From the NCBI RefSeq assembly GCF_056712565.1, contig NZ_CM160072.1: DNA of 64,000 nt; one strand, given 5' to 3'. Every line of letters begins with the position of its first letter. Position 1 is the stretch's first letter. Under the pieces are notes generated by a model. The model was given only the letters and a program-made list of their open reading frames with translations. It was not told the origin of the DNA and did not search any database. Shown here piece after piece: positions 1 through 14,393 of the stretch. Made by a program: the position numbers and the translations under genes.

Positions 1-2
1 AC

Positions 3-839
3 GCGTGGGGTAAAGCCTATGGCGTCCTGGCTAATGTATTTATCAATCGCGAGGCGGAAATCTATAACGAAAACGCCAGCAAAGCCGGTGGTTGGGAAGG
101 TACTCGCGATTTCCGCATTGTGGCTAAAACACCACGCAGCGCACTTATCACCAGCTTCGAACTGGAGCCGGTCGACGGTGGCGCAGTGGCAGAATACCGT
201 CCGGGGCAATATCTCGGCGTCTGGCTGAAGCCGGAAGGTTTCCCGCATCAGGAAATTCGTCAGTACTCTTTGACTCGCAAACCGGATGGCAAAGGCTATC
301 GTATTGCGGTGAAACGCGAAGAGGGTGGGCAGGTATCCAACTGGCTGCACAATCACGCCAATGTTGGCGATGTCGTGAAACTGGTCGCTCCGGCAGGTGA
401 TTTCTTTATGGCTGTCGCAGATGACACACCAGTGACGTTAATCTCTGCCGGTGTCGGTCAAACGCCAATGCTGGCAATGCTCGACACGCTGGCAAAAGCA
501 GGCCACACAGCACAAGTGAACTGGTTCCATGCGGCAGAAAATGGCGATGTTCACGCCTTTGCCGATGAAGTTAAGGAACTGGGTCAATCACTGCCACGCT
601 TTACCGCACACACCTGGTATCGTCAGCCGAATGAAGCCGATCGCGCTAAAGGTCAGTTTGATAGCGAAGGTCTGATGGATTTGAGCAAACTGGAAGGTGC
701 GTTCAGCGATCCGACAATGCAGTTCTATCTCTGCGGCCCGGTTGGCTTCATGCAGTTTGCCGCGAAACAGTTAGTGGATCTGGGCGTGAAACAGGAAAAC
801 ATTCATTACGAATGCTTTGGCCCGCATAAGGTGCTGTGA
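3..839 (+). CDS. hmp: Flavohemoprotein (nitric oxide dioxygenase), C-terminal part; 5' end lies outside the window
   Basis: Translation from base 3 matches the Hmp FAD/NAD-binding C-terminal domain as recalled (…GPVGFMQF…[11 protein letters not shown]); the ORF-track start at 120 is an internal GTG. Confidence 0.9.
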   Translation, partial: AWGKAYGVLANVFINREAEIYNENASKAGGWEGTRDFRIVAKTPRSALITSFELEPVDGGAVAEYRPGQYLGVWLKPEGFPHQEIRQYSLTRKPDGKGYRIAVKREEGGQVSNWLHNHANVGDVVKLVAPAGDFFMAVADDTPVTLISAGVGQTPMLAMLDTLAKAGHTAQVNWFHAAENGDVHAFADEVKELGQSLPRFTAHTWYRQPNEADRAKGQFDSEGLMDLSKLEGAFSDPTMQFYLCGPVGFMQFAAKQLVDLGVKQENIHYECFGPHKVL

Positions 840-845
840 TTTGAT

Positions 846-871
846 GTTGCCGGATGGAAACATCCGGCAAC
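846..871. terminator. Bidirectional hairpin between convergent hmp and glnB
   Basis: Inverted repeat gttgccggatg-gaaa-catccggcaac seen in sequence. Confidence 0.5.
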
Positions 872-883
872 CCTTGACGCGTT

Positions 884-1258
<375 letters not shown>

Positions 1259-1282
1259 CTAAACGTAACACATAACGCCAAT

Positions 1283-2617
1283 TCATTCCTTGAAATCGTT
1301 TGCATCCAGTTCGTGTCGGGAAAGCAGTTTATAAAATTCTGTCCGGTTGCGCCCCGCCATTCTCGCCGCGTGGGTGACGTTGCCTTTGGTGATTTGCAGC
1401 AGCTTACGCAAATAGTTGAGTTCAAACTGATTACGCGCCTCAACAAAGGTTGGCAGCGCCGTGTTTTCGCCCTCCAGCGCCTGCTCCACCAGCGCATCAC
1501 TAATTACCGGAGATGATGTCAGCGCCACGCACTGTTCAATCACGTTGACCAACTGGCGCACGTTGCCCGGCCAGCTCGCAGTCATCAGGCGTTTCATTGC
1601 ATCGGTGGAGAACGCGCGGACAAACGGTTTATGTCGCTCTGCCGCCTGGCGCAACAGGTGATTTGCCAGTAGCGGAATGTCTTCTGTGCGCTCCGCCAGT
1701 GCCGGAATTTTCAGGCTGACAACGTTGAGGCGGTAATAGAGGTCTTCACGGAATTCCCCGCGCGTCATCGCTTTTGGCAGGTCGCGGTGGGTCGCAGAAA
1801 TAATCCGCACGTCGATATCAATATCGCGGTTACTGCCCAGCGGGCGCACTTTACGCTCCTGCAACACGCGCAGCAGTTTGACCTGCAACGGTGCGGGCAT
1901 ATCGCCAATCTCATCGAGAAATAGCGTACCGCCTTCCGCCGCCTGGAATAAACCTTCGCGATTGCTGACAGCGCCAGTAAACGCGCCACGTGCATGACCA
2001 AACAGCTCCGACTCCAGCAATTGCTCGGGTAATGCGCCACAGTTAATAGCAATAAATGGCTTGCTGTTGCGCGGGCTGGCGTTGTGGATAGCCTGGGCGA
2101 AAATCTCTTTCCCGGTGCCGCTCTGGCCGTTAATCAAAACGCTAACGTCTGATTGTGCCACCAGCCGCGCCTGTTCCAGCAAGCGCAGCATCAGCGGGCT
2201 GCGGGTGACAATCGCCTCGCGCCAACGTTCGTCGGTGGCTGGCGCGGATTGTTCCAGCGCATCGTCAATTGCCTGATATAGCGCATCTTTATCGACAGGC
2301 TTGGTGAGAAAACTGAACACGCCCTGCTGTGTTGCAGCAACGGCATCAGGAATAGAACCATGCGCGGTAAGAATAATTACTGGCATTCCCGGCTGCACTT
2401 TCTGAATTTCAGCAAATAGCTGCATACCATCCATTTCATCCATCCGCAGGTCGCTGATGACTAAATCTACTTTTTCGCGATTCAGTACCCGTAATCCTTC
2501 AACGCCACTTTCCGCCGTGACCACGCTGTAGCCTTCGCTGGTCAGGCGCAGGCCAAGCAGTTTCAGCAATCCCGGATCATCATCGACCAGTAATAAATGC
2601 GCAGGTTTATGGCTCAT
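1283..2617 (-). CDS. glrR: Sigma-54-dependent response regulator GlrR (YfhA)
   Basis: Receiver + AAA+ (GAFTGA) + HTH; start placed at MSHKPAHLLLVDDD (444 aa); the ORF-track N-terminal extension overlaps the upstream gene. Confidence 0.9.
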   Translation of the reverse strand: MSHKPAHLLLVDDDPGLLKLLGLRLTSEGYSVVTAESGVEGLRVLNREKVDLVISDLRMDEMDGMQLFAEIQKVQPGMPVIILTAHGSIPDAVAATQQGVFSFLTKPVDKDALYQAIDDALEQSAPATDERWREAIVTRSPLMLRLLEQARLVAQSDVSVLINGQSGTGKEIFAQAIHNASPRNSKPFIAINCGALPEQLLESELFGHARGAFTGAVSNREGLFQAAEGGTLFLDEIGDMPAPLQVKLLRVLQERKVRPLGSNRDIDIDVRIISATHRDLPKAMTRGEFREDLYYRLNVVSLKIPALAERTEDIPLLANHLLRQAAERHKPFVRAFSTDAMKRLMTASWPGNVRQLVNVIEQCVALTSSPVISDALVEQALEGENTALPTFVEARNQFELNYLRKLLQITKGNVTHAARMAGRNRTEFYKLLSRHELDANDFKE

Positions 2618-3326
2618 CAGGAGTGACCTCATCGGTGGATGGCGCGGGCTTTTCACTCTCGTGCGGCGTATCCGGCGAGAAATTTCCAGCCGGTTTGCGG
2701 GTCGAGAGCTGGCGTTCAATATCGGTCAGGTTTTCCAGCTTGCGGGTAGTGAGTTCCAGTTGCTGTTGTAGAACGTGATGTTGCTGGCGCAAAGTATCCA
2801 GCTCGCTGTCGCTGGACTGCTGGAGTTTGCTGTAGCGTTGGCGCTCTTCCGCCAGTTGCAGTTGCAGCGCCTGACCGTCGCGCCAGAGTTGATACAGTGG
2901 GCGAACCTGTGCCGGGATCTCGGTACTTAGCGCATCAATGCGCGCGACCAGCTGGCGGCGCTCATACGGCGTAATTTTGGCGTCGGCGAGCAAAATCCCT
3001 TGTTTAAAGGTATTTTGCCAGTTGCCGTCGTCATATTGGCGGGCTTGCTGACGCGACTGCGCAGGCATTAAACGATCAGCACAATCCATCGCCCGCAGCC
3101 AGTAAAGCGGATTGGTTTCGGTTGATTTACCTTGCAGCGCCCAGATGTCGCTACATTCAGTAGAAAGATAGTCAGCCAGTTGATAAACCGGAATTTTTTC
3201 TTCTGCTGGCGTATCAATGGCTGGCTTATTGTGACTCTGCACGCAACCCAGCAATGCCAGACATGGCAGCCCTGCCAGCCACAGCCGTCGGGGCAATAAT
3301 CGTTGAAAAATGTGTCGCATATTCAC
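2607..3326 (-). CDS. qseG: Lipoprotein YfhG/QseG-like, between glrK and glrR
   Basis: 239-aa ORF with signal/lipobox-like N-terminus (…LALLGCVQ…) and Q-rich coiled-coil; conserved position in the glrK-yfhG-glrR operon. Confidence 0.8.
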   Translation of the reverse strand: MNMRHIFQRLLPRRLWLAGLPCLALLGCVQSHNKPAIDTPAEEKIPVYQLADYLSTECSDIWALQGKSTETNPLYWLRAMDCADRLMPAQSRQQARQYDDGNWQNTFKQGILLADAKITPYERRQLVARIDALSTEIPAQVRPLYQLWRDGQALQLQLAEERQRYSKLQQSSDSELDTLRQQHHVLQQQLELTTRKLENLTDIERQLSTRKPAGNFSPDTPHESEKPAPSTDEVTPDEP

Positions 3327-3484
3327 CAGACTTAAAGCCTATCCCAGTGGGCGTAATTGTTGCAGGCAGTTTGGACATGGACAGCGCGGAGAAACCAGAG
3401 CGTACATGTCGTACGTGAAGATTTCGAGCACTGCCCGGGGCCGAACTGACAAATAAAATAGCCTGATGGGATGGGCTGTTAGCA

Positions 3485-4912
3485 TTATTTCGTGTTTTTC
3501 GACGACGGTAATTCAATGCGGAAACAAACGTCTTGCCCGCTCTCGTCGACCAGATACAGTTCCCCTTGCATACGGCGAATACAATCCCTGGCAATGCTTA
3601 ATCCCAGACCGCTGCCCTTCACCGCCCCTTTTCGCTGGTGGCTTCCCTGAAAAAAGGGTTCGAAGATCATGGCGCGTTCCTCTTGCGGAATGGGCGTGCC
3701 TGTATTGATGACATCAATATAAACCCGCGCACCATGTAAACTGCTGCGAAGGCAAATGTTACCGGATTCAGCCCCGTAGTGCACCGCATTGGAGTAAAGA
3801 TTATCCAGTACGCTCATCAGCAGCATTGGCTCCGCCAGGCAAGCTGTTGCTTTGAGATCAACGTCGGTATGCATCATTTTAGCCCGTGCGGGCAGGCTAT
3901 GAGCAGAAACCACTGTCTCCACCAGCGGTGCTAACTCAACATTCTCCAGTTCCACCGCACTGTCCGCCTGTTTACGGTTGTAATCAAGCAGTTGTTCGAT
4001 CAGCTTTTGCAAATTGCGGCTGCTGCTATCAAGAATGCTCACCACCTCTTTTTGCTCTGGCGTAAGCGGCCCGACAACCTGATCAGCCAGTAATTCAGTG
4101 CCCTCGCGCATACTCGCCAGTGGCGTTTTTAATTCATGAGATAAATGTCTTAAAAATTGATGGCGTTGGGATTCCAGCCATGACAGGCGCTCACTTAACC
4201 AAAGAATACGTTGCCCAACCGAGCGTAACTCGCTCGGTCCACTGAACGAGACGCTATTGCCCAGAGAACGCCCTTCCCCCAGCCGGTTGATCATGCGCTC
4301 GATATTTTTCACCGGACCGATAATCATCCTCGTGAAAAGCAGTACCATCACCAGACTCACCAGAAATAGCACCAGCGATTGCCAACCAAAATATTGCCCA
4401 CGTTCGGCGATTTCACGCTGAAGTTGCTGCCCACGAGAGAACACCACTGTGCGCGTGGCCTGCACCATTTCGGTATTGGCACTGGCAAAGGCTTCCAGAC
4501 GCGCGGCGGCAGCAGCATCGGGACCGCTGTTGTTACACTGAAGTTGAGCCAGATTATTCAAATCCTGACGTAATGCCTGGTAGAGTTTATCGTCCGGCAG
4601 CACGCCTGCGTGGGCATCGAGCATTTCGCTGTAACGCTTGCGCTGGCTTTGATAAACCTTCGCAAGCGTAGGGTCGTCCAGCACGCAGTACTGACGGTAG
4701 CTGCGCTCCATCTCCAGTGCCGCGTTGGTCATCGCTTCACTGCGCCGGGCATCAATAAGCGTAGTGCGGTTAACCAGCGCCGCCTGATCGCTAAGTGCAT
4801 TCAGGCTTTGCCAGGCTTGCCATGCCAGCACCAACAGGGGCAGCAGAATCAGCAAAAATGCCAGCATTACCAGTTGTCGTAATGAGCGGGGAAAAACGGG
4901 CCAGCGGTTCAA
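3485..4912 (-). CDS. glrK: Sensor histidine kinase GlrK (YfhK)
   Basis: TM-HAMP-HisKA-HATPase architecture; start set at an internal TTG (…NRWPVFPRSL…, ~475 aa) because the ORF-track start at 4975 lies inside the glmY terminator. Start is uncertain. Confidence 0.8.
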   Translation of the reverse strand: MNRWPVFPRSLRQLVMLAFLLILLPLLVLAWQAWQSLNALSDQAALVNRTTLIDARRSEAMTNAALEMERSYRQYCVLDDPTLAKVYQSQRKRYSEMLDAHAGVLPDDKLYQALRQDLNNLAQLQCNNSGPDAAAAARLEAFASANTEMVQATRTVVFSRGQQLQREIAERGQYFGWQSLVLFLVSLVMVLLFTRMIIGPVKNIERMINRLGEGRSLGNSVSFSGPSELRSVGQRILWLSERLSWLESQRHQFLRHLSHELKTPLASMREGTELLADQVVGPLTPEQKEVVSILDSSSRNLQKLIEQLLDYNRKQADSAVELENVELAPLVETVVSAHSLPARAKMMHTDVDLKATACLAEPMLLMSVLDNLYSNAVHYGAESGNICLRSSLHGARVYIDVINTGTPIPQEERAMIFEPFFQGSHQRKGAVKGSGLGLSIARDCIRRMQGELYLVDESGQDVCFRIELPSSKNTK

Positions 4913-4964
4913 GGCGTTACTCTCGTCAGACGCGAATAGCCTGATGCTAACCGAGGGGAAGTTC

Positions 4965-5154
4965 AGATACAACAAAGCCGGGAATTACCCGGCTTTGTTA
5001 TGGAATAAGGCGGTGCCTAACTCGACGTTTCGCCCGATGGTTGATATAGCTACGCTGATATCAGAAGTTGGACGGCAGGCACCTTGTTGTGCGTCATTCG
5101 AATTTTATGTAGCACCTCCCGAAGGGGCTGACATAAGTCGGTGAATGAGCCACT
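4965..5154 (-). ncRNA. glmY: GlmY small RNA
   Basis: Minus-strand sequence AGTGGCTCATTCACCGACTTATGTCAGCCCCTTCGGGAGG…AAAGCCGGGTAATTCCCGGCTTTGTTGTATCT matches GlmY as recalled, including the terminator hairpin. Confidence 0.8.
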
Positions 5155-5164
5155 GCTTACTATT

Positions 5165-5181
5165 ATGCAGTAACTGTGCCA
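5165..5181 (-). promoter_or_regulatory. Sigma-54 promoter (-24/-12) of glmY
   Basis: Minus strand reads TGGCACagttaCTGCAT immediately upstream of the glmY 5' end. Confidence 0.6.
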
Positions 5182-5270
5182 ATAAAGAAAATAGTTTGGT
5201 AACGTACTGATTATAAACTGCTTTGAGGGGTTTATGGCTTCTCCACTATTTGAATGTAAATCAGCCACTG

Positions 5271-5288
5271 TGTCGCTAAAAAGAGACA
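5271..5288. promoter_or_regulatory. Putative GlrR (NtrC-type) binding site, TGTC-N10-GACA
   Basis: tgtcgctaaaaagagaca seen upstream of the glmY promoter. Confidence 0.5.
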
Positions 5289-5333
5289 ACTTAAGATAAA
5301 CTTATTAGATAATATTAAAATCAATGAGTTAAG

Positions 5334-5351
5334 TGTCACCAAAAAGCGACA
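5334..5351. promoter_or_regulatory. Putative GlrR binding site, TGTC-N10-GACA
   Basis: tgtcaccaaaaagcgaca seen upstream of the glmY promoter. Confidence 0.5.
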
Positions 5352-5487
5352 CGGCAAACCACCCATTGTCGTGATTTAAAGACACAAAAAAGCTCCCGAA
5401 GTTGGGAGCTCATAATAGCGGTTGGTGCTTAATGCCGGATGCGGCGTGAATGCCTCATCCGGGCTGCAATACCAATGGGTTGACGAC

Positions 5488-8400
5488 TTACCCCAACTGC
5501 TTACGTGCATTGCGGAAAATGCGCATCCATGGGCCATCCTCGCCCCAGTTTTCCGGATGCCAGGAGTTGCTGACAGTACGGAAAACACGTTCCGGGTGCG
5601 GCATCATAATGGTGACTCGACCACTTTCAGTCGTGACTGCCGTAATACCATTCGGAGAACCGTTCGGGTTAGCCGGGTAGGTTTCAGTGACTTTGCCGAA
5701 GTTATCGACATAGCGCAGTGCCACCAGCCCTTTGCTTTCCAGTGCCGCCAGATGCGCCGCATCACGCACTTCCACGCGCCCTTCACCGTGAGAGACAGCA
5801 ATCGGCATCTGCGAGCCCACCATCCCCTGCAACAGCAGCGACGGGCTTTGGGTTACTTCTACCAGACTGAAACGCGCTTCAAAGCGATCGGAGGTGTTAC
5901 GCACAAAACGTGGCCACAACTCGCTACCCGGGATCAGTTCACGCAGATTAGACATCATCTGGCAACCGTTACATACCCCCAGCGCCAGCGTTTGCGGACG
6001 ATGGAAGAAGGTTGCAAACTCATCGCGTACACGGTCATTGAACAGGATAGACTTCGCCCAACCTTCACCAGCGCCCAGCACATCACCGTAGGAAAAACCA
6101 CCGCACGCTACCAGGACGTGGAAACCCTCCAGGCCCGTGCGTCCAGCCAGCAGATCGCTCATATGCACGTCGATAGCATCGAAGCCCGCACGGTGGAAAG
6201 CTGCCGCCATTTCAACATGGGAGTTCACACCCTGCTCACGCAGTACGGCAACTTTCGGGCGCGCGCCAGTGGCAATAAACGGTGCTGCCACATCTTCGTT
6301 GATATCAAACGACAGTTTCACATTCAGGCCCGGATCGGCATCGTTTGATTTCGCCTGGTGCTCCTGATCGGCACACTCCGGGTTGTCACGCAGACGCTGC
6401 ATCTGCCAGGTCGTTTCTGCCCACCAGACACGCAACGTGGTGCGGCTTTCGCTAAATACAGTCTGCCCGTTGGCGGTAATCACAAAACGGTCACCGGAAA
6501 CCGCCTGCCCAACATAATGGACGCAATCAGCAAGCCCATGCTGTGCCAGTACCGCTTCAACGGCTTCACGGTCAGCGGCTCGCACCTGAATCACCGCACC
6601 CAGTTCTTCGTTAAACAACGCCGCCAGGCGATCGTCACCCAGAGTGGCGATATCCGCGTCAATGCCACAATGACCAGCAAAGGCCATTTCCGCCAGCGTT
6701 ACCAGCAGGCCGCCATCAGAGCGGTCGTGATACGCCAGCAGCTTACGCTGTGCAACCAGCGCCTGAATCGCGTCATAGAAGCCTTTCAGTTGGGCAACAT
6801 CGCGTACATCTGCCGGTTTGTCGCCAAGCTGACGATAAACCTGCGCCAGTGCCGTTGCGCCCAGCGCGTTATTGCCTTTGCCCAAATCAATCAGCAACAG
6901 TGCGTTATCTTCGGTAGAAAGCTGCGGCGTAATGGTGTGACGTACATCTTCCACGCGGGCAAATGCGGAAATCACCAGCGACAACGGCGACGTCATTTCG
7001 CGCTCTTCGTTACCTTCCTGCCAGCGGGTTTTCATCGACATAGAGTCTTTACCCACCGGTATCGTCAGGCCCAGCGCCGGACAAAGTTCTTCGCCCACAG
7101 CTTTAACGGCTTCATACAGGCCCGCATCTTCACCAGGGTGGCCTGCCGCCGCCATCCAGTTGGCGGAAAGTTTGATGCGTTTGATATCGCCAATCTGCGT
7201 TGCGGCGATGTTGGTTAACGCTTCACCGACCGCCAGACGGGCAGAAGCGGCGAAATCCAGCAGCGCAACTGGCGCACGTTCGCCAATTGCCATCGCTTCG
7301 CCATAGTAGCTGTCGAGGCTGGCGGTAGTGACCGCACAATTAGCGACCGGCACCTGCCACGGCCCCACCATCTGATCGCGCGCTACCATGCCGGTTACGC
7401 TGCGGTCACCGATGGTCACCAGGAAAGTTTTCTCCGCCACGGTCGGCAGATGCAGCACGCGTTTCACCGCGTCAGCGATGGTGATCCCTTCACGGGCCAG
7501 CGCGTCGCCTTTCGCTTTCAGCGTTTGTACATCGCGGGTCATCTTCGGCGTTTTGCCAAGCAGTACGTCCAGCGGTAGATCAATCGGCTGATTATCAAAA
7601 TGACGATCGTGCAAAGAAAGATGCAGTTCTTCGGTCGCTTCACCAATCACCGCGTATGGCGCGCGCTCACGCTTACACAGTTCGTCAAACAGCGGTAACT
7701 GATCGGCAGCAACCGCCAGCACGTAGCGTTCCTGGGATTCGTTACACCAGATTTCCAGCGGGCTCATGCCCGGTTCGTCGCTCAGGATATCGCGCAGTTC
7801 AAATTTACCGCCGCGCCCGCCGTCGCTCACCAGTTCCGGCATGGCGTTAGAAAGACCGCCTGCGCCAACGTCGTGGATAAACAGGATTGGGTTGGCATCA
7901 CCAAGCTGCCAGCAACGGTCGATCACTTCCTGGCAGCGACGCTCCATCTCCGGGTTGTCGCGCTGTACGGAAGCAAAGTCGAGGTCGGCATCAGACTGAC
8001 CAGATGCCATAGAAGACGCCGCGCCGCCGCCAAGACCGATGTTCATTGCCGGGCCGCCGAGAACGACCAGCTTCGCACCAACGTTGATCTCGCCTTTTTG
8101 TACGTGATCGGCGCGAATGTTGCCGATCCCACCCGCCAGCATGATCGGTTTGTGATAACCGCGCAGCTCTTCGCCATTGTGGCTGTTCACTTTTTCTTCA
8201 TAAGTACGGAAGTAGCCGTTCAGTGCCGGGCGACCAAATTCGTTGTTAAACGCCGCGCCGCCCAGCGGGCCTTCGGTCATGATGTCCAGCGCGGTAACAA
8301 TGCGCTCAGGTTTACCGAAATCTTCTTCCCACGGCTGTTCGAAGCCAGGAATTCGCAGGTTGGATACGGAGAAACCAACCAGACCAGCTTTCGGCTTTGC

Positions 8401-9375
8401 GCCACGTCCGGTGGCACCTTCATCGCGGATTTCACCGCCGGAACCGGTCGCCGCGCCCGGCCACGGAGAAATCGCCGTCGGGTGGTTGTGAGTTTCGACT
8501 TTCATCAGAATATGCGCCGGTTCCTGATGGAAATCGTAGCGGCCCGTTTCGTGGTCAGCAAAGTAGCGGCCCACTTCAGAACCTTCCATTACGGCGGCGT
8601 TATCTTTATAAGCAGAGAGAACGTGATCCGGCGTGGTTTCGAAGGTGTTTTTGATCATCTTAAATAGCGATTTCGGCTGCTGTTCACCATCGATAACCCA
8701 GTCGGCGTTAAAAATTTTGTGGCGGCAGTGCTCGGAGTTCGCCTGGGCAAACATATACAGTTCGATGTCGTTCGGATTACGACCAAGCCTTGTGAAAGCA
8801 TCCTGCAGATAGTCAATTTCATCTTCCGCCAGTGCCAGGCCAAGACGCAGGTTAGCGTCGATTAGCGCCTGACGGCCCTGCCCCAGCAAATCAACGCTGG
8901 TGACCGGAGTCGGTTGATGGTGTGCAAACAGCTGCTCTGCATCATCTAAAGCAAAAAAGACCGTTTCCATCATGCGGTCGTGCAGTTCAGCGGTAACCTG
9001 CTGCCATTGTTCATTGGTCAGCGTACCGGCTTCTATATAGTAAGCAACGCCGCGCTCAAGGCGGTTTACCTGTTGCAGCCCGCAGTTATGGGCAATATCG
9101 GTCGCTTTCGAAGACCAGGGAGAGATGGTGCCAGGACGCGGGGTCACCAGCAGGAGTTTGCCTTGCGGGGCGTGGCTGGCGAGTGCCGGGCCATATTTCA
9201 GCAGGCGTTCAAGTTGTGCGTGCTCATCATCGTTTAACGGCGCATTGAGGTCAGCAAAATGGACATACTCGGCGTAAATAGTGTGAACCAGGAGCCTGGC
9301 AGCCTGAAAACGTGCCAGCAGTTTGTTGATTCGGAATGCCGACAATGCAGGCGAACCACGCAGAATTTCCATCAT
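5488..9375 (-). CDS. purL: Phosphoribosylformylglycinamidine synthase
   Basis: Start at [14 protein letters not shown] (1295 aa); FGAM synthase with C-terminal glutamine amidotransferase domain. Confidence 0.95.
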   Translation of the reverse strand: MMEILRGSPALSAFRINKLLARFQAARLLVHTIYAEYVHFADLNAPLNDDEHAQLERLLKYGPALASHAPQGKLLLVTPRPGTISPWSSKATDIAHNCGLQQVNRLERGVAYYIEAGTLTNEQWQQVTAELHDRMMETVFFALDDAEQLFAHHQPTPVTSVDLLGQGRQALIDANLRLGLALAEDEIDYLQDAFTRLGRNPNDIELYMFAQANSEHCRHKIFNADWVIDGEQQPKSLFKMIKNTFETTPDHVLSAYKDNAAVMEGSEVGRYFADHETGRYDFHQEPAHILMKVETHNHPTAISPWPGAATGSGGEIRDEGATGRGAKPKAGLVGFSVSNLRIPGFEQPWEEDFGKPERIVTALDIMTEGPLGGAAFNNEFGRPALNGYFRTYEEKVNSHNGEELRGYHKPIMLAGGIGNIRADHVQKGEINVGAKLVVLGGPAMNIGLGGGAASSMASGQSDADLDFASVQRDNPEMERRCQEVIDRCWQLGDANPILFIHDVGAGGLSNAMPELVSDGGRGGKFELRDILSDEPGMSPLEIWCNESQERYVLAVAADQLPLFDELCKRERAPYAVIGEATEELHLSLHDRHFDNQPIDLPLDVLLGKTPKMTRDVQTLKAKGDALAREGITIADAVKRVLHLPTVAEKTFLVTIGDRSVTGMVARDQMVGPWQVPVANCAVTTASLDSYYGEAMAIGERAPVALLDFAASARLAVGEALTNIAATQIGDIKRIKLSANWMAAAGHPGEDAGLYEAVKAVGEELCPALGLTIPVGKDSMSMKTRWQEGNEEREMTSPLSLVISAFARVEDVRHTITPQLSTEDNALLLIDLGKGNNALGATALAQVYRQLGDKPADVRDVAQLKGFYDAIQALVAQRKLLAYHDRSDGGLLVTLAEMAFAGHCGIDADIATLGDDRLAALFNEELGAVIQVRAADREAVEAVLAQHGLADCVHYVGQAVSGDRFVITANGQTVFSESRTTLRVWWAETTWQMQRLRDNPECADQEHQAKSNDADPGLNVKLSFDINEDVAAPFIATGARPKVAVLREQGVNSHVEMAAAFHRAGFDAIDVHMSDLLAGRTGLEGFHVLVACGGFSYGDVLGAGEGWAKSILFNDRVRDEFATFFHRPQTLALGVCNGCQMMSNLRELIPGSELWPRFVRNTSDRFEARFSLVEVTQSPSLLLQGMVGSQMPIAVSHGEGRVEVRDAAHLAALESKGLVALRYVDNFGKVTETYPANPNGSPNGITAVTTESGRVTIMMPHPERVFRTVSNSWHPENWGEDGPWMRIFRNARKQLG

Positions 9376-9453
9376 AAGTCTCTCGTCTTCTAAGCTTTCG
9401 GTGTACCCAAGGGGGGGGGAAACGGGCGTCATTATAAAGAATCTGATGCGCTG

Positions 9454-9469
9454 ACGAAACCGTTTGCGT
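9454..9469. promoter_or_regulatory. Putative PurR operator in the purL leader
   Basis: acgaaaccgtttgcgt resembles the PurR box ACGCAAACGTTTGCGT. Confidence 0.45.
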
Positions 9470-9634
9470 GGAAATAAAATCACCATCGTGAATTAGCAAC
9501 GCGTGCCGCCAATGGCTGTAATAAGTTGCCATCTGGCGCAGGTTTACGCAAAATGCCGCTCATTTATGAGTAAACCTTTCACTATTATTACGTTTTTTCA
9601 AGCTGGGACGCGCACGACACAGAGAATTAACTAA

Positions 9635-11736
<2,102 letters not shown>

Positions 11737-11748
11737 CTATGCTTTACT

Positions 11749-12384
11749 CTATTCCAGTTGCTGGAGTTCACCGCGCGGAGTTACTCGCCAACGATGCTGA
11801 CAGAAATAAAGCAGCGGGTTGTCCTGATTACTGTCGCTATAGCCACTGTACAGCCGCAGCGGCGTGCCGATTTTGCGCTCCAGTTGCGCGACCTTTTCAT
11901 GTCCCAGACAACGCATCGTCAATACCCAACCACCATAGCCACGCTGAATCTGACTGGCGATAAGATTAACCCGCGGCAGCCAGGGCGTATCGAAATAAAC
12001 CGCTTCAACCAGCGGCTGCGGAGAGCCGGTAATCAACCAGATATCAGCATCGGAACTTAACAGGTAGGTGGTTAATCGCTCCTGAACCAGCGGAAAGGCG
12101 GTAACATTGTCACGAAACCAGCGTACGAAATCGGCCTGCAACGCCTGCAAACGCGCTTCATTGTGACCAAAAGTGCATCCCCACAGAAGCAGACTCATCG
12201 GCCAGCGTGCCGCACGACCTTTTATCAATAACGCAATGGCTATGATCGGCAACAGCGGCAGAACAAGTAACGCATTCAGCGGTTGGCGACGCAGTAAATA
12301 ACGCAAAAAACTGCCGAACATATCCTGCTGATGCAATGTTCCATCTAAGTCAAAAAACACCACACGACGCTCGTGAGTTGCCAA
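11749..12384 (-). CDS. pgpC: HAD-family phosphatidylglycerophosphatase C (YfhB)
   Basis: 211-aa ORF with DLDGTL HAD motif. Confidence 0.85.
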   Translation of the reverse strand: MATHERRVVFFDLDGTLHQQDMFGSFLRYLLRRQPLNALLVLPLLPIIAIALLIKGRAARWPMSLLLWGCTFGHNEARLQALQADFVRWFRDNVTAFPLVQERLTTYLLSSDADIWLITGSPQPLVEAVYFDTPWLPRVNLIASQIQRGYGGWVLTMRCLGHEKVAQLERKIGTPLRLYSGYSDSNQDNPLLYFCQHRWRVTPRGELQQLE

Positions 12385-12592
12385 ACCATACTCCTCTGGA
12401 CTGAAACATCCTGATTAATTTTCGCTACTACATAGCCTAACAGATAGATCATCACTTTTCCGGCAACAATCGACCGCATCATGGCTAACTGGAATTTTTA
12501 ATTCATGGCAATTAGCGGCAATGGAATATAAAATTCACTCGCGTGTGTCTCATATTGCCTGTTGTCGCCATTATTTCATCGCGAGGAAAGAT

Positions 12593-13441
12593 ATGAACGG
12601 CTTACTTCGTATCCGTCAGCGTTACCAGGGGCTTGCCCAGAGTGATAAAAAACTGGCGGATTATCTGCTGCTACAACCTGATACGGCGCGCCATTTAAGC
12701 TCTCAGCAACTGGCCAACGAAGCCGGAGTCAGTCAGTCCAGCGTCGTGAAGTTCGCGCAAAAACTCGGCTATAAAGGTTTTCCGGCACTAAAGTTGGCGT
12801 TGAGTGAAGCGCTGGCAAGCCAGCCGGAATCTCCCTCCGTGCCCATTCATAACCAAATCCGCGGTGATGATCCGTTACGGCTGGTCGGCGAAAAACTGAT
12901 TAAAGAAAATACTGCCGCTATGTACGCAACGCTAAACGTTAATACTGAAGAGAAACTGCATGAATGCGTAACAATGTTGCGCTCTGCGCGGCGGATAATT
13001 CTGACCGGTATTGGCGCTTCGGGTCTGGTGGCGCAAAACTTTGCCTGGAAGCTGATGAAGATTGGCTTCAATGCTGCCGCAGTGCGCGATATGCATGCGC
13101 TACTCGCTACAGTACAGGCGTCGTCCCCTGACGATCTGTTATTAGCCATTTCCTACACCGGTGTACGACGCGAGTTAAACCTGGCGGCAGATGAGATGCT
13201 GCGAGTGGGCGGAAAAGTGCTGGCTATTACCGGCTTTACTCCCAATGCCCTGCAACAGCGTGCTTCTCATTGCCTGTATACCATTGCCGAAGAACAAGCG
13301 ACAAACAGTGCTTCAATCTCTGCTTGTCACGCGCAGGGAATGTTAACGGATTTGCTGTTCATTGCGCTGATTCAGCAGGATCTGGAACTGGCACCAGAAC
13401 GTATTCGTCATAGCGAAGCGCTGGTGAAAAAACTGGTCTGA
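12593..13441 (+). CDS. yfhH: RpiR/MurR-family transcriptional regulator (HTH + SIS domain)
   Basis: Start placed at MNGLLRIRQRYQGL; HTH followed by sugar-isomerase (SIS) domain. Confidence 0.8.
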   Translation: MNGLLRIRQRYQGLAQSDKKLADYLLLQPDTARHLSSQQLANEAGVSQSSVVKFAQKLGYKGFPALKLALSEALASQPESPSVPIHNQIRGDDPLRLVGEKLIKENTAAMYATLNVNTEEKLHECVTMLRSARRIILTGIGASGLVAQNFAWKLMKIGFNAAAVRDMHALLATVQASSPDDLLLAISYTGVRRELNLAADEMLRVGGKVLAITGFTPNALQQRASHCLYTIAEEQATNSASISACHAQGMLTDLLFIALIQQDLELAPERIRHSEALVKKLV

Positions 13442-13460
13442 GTAAAGAATGCGCGTATAA

Positions 13461-13757
<297 letters not shown>

Positions 13758-13950
13758 TATTCTGCTCTGGAAGTAGAGTGTTAATTATTTTATAGAAAAA
13801 TCTTAACGCTATTATATTTATTTAAATGATGATATTAGCATAATCATTCACTAAGTTAATTTATATAGTATCTGCCCAGACACTTATTTATAGTTATTAA
13901 AGGCGCGTCCGATTGGTTCACCGGACGCACCTTAAGTACGTTTCCTTGTG

Positions 13951-14031
13951 TTATAAGAACAAAAGGAGCAGCTGTAAAACAGCAATGATGATTTTGATGA
14001 CCCGTTTAATCAGGTATCGGCAATCAGTCAT
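13951..14031 (-). CDS. shoB: Type I toxin ShoB (26-aa hydrophobic peptide)
   Basis: Minus-strand ORF translates to MTDCRYLIKRVIKIIIAVLQLLLLFL*; too short for the ORF track. Confidence 0.7.
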   Translation of the reverse strand: MTDCRYLIKRVIKIIIAVLQLLLLFL

Positions 14032-14393
14032 TCGTTTTTCCTTAAACAAGGAATGCAGCCGTTCAGATTAGCCCTTACATCTCCCCAAAACTGAACGTGC
14101 GAGTTATTGGAATCGAGTGCTGCACTCCACACCAGAGCTTTGACGACACCACTCGTTTCAATGGGGGAATTCAGTGGCATGGTGTAAAGCACAGCAAAAT
14201 TGCCAATAACGAAACCGATTTTAATGTACTTATCAAAAAGCGGTCACGTTAATCTTTTCATCAATGTCGATTTCTTCGTAAAGGCTCGCGTTTTTTATGT
14301 CAGAGATTGCAAGTTGCTTGTACAGGTCAACGAAATTGATCCATAATCATTTTCGTTGGAATCGTGTGCTGCACAAAATTAAAGTTAAAAAGT

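Noticed and set aside
3485-4975. Full 496-aa extent of the glrK ORF in the track
   Set aside because: The N-terminal ~21 codons overlap the GlmY terminator hairpin and begin at TTG; a shorter CDS starting near 4912 is more plausible.
6358-8667. Several long plus-strand ORFs (286 aa at 6358..7218, 264 aa at 7873..8667 and others)
   Set aside because: All antisense within purL; low-complexity Arg/Ala-rich translations; no independent signal.
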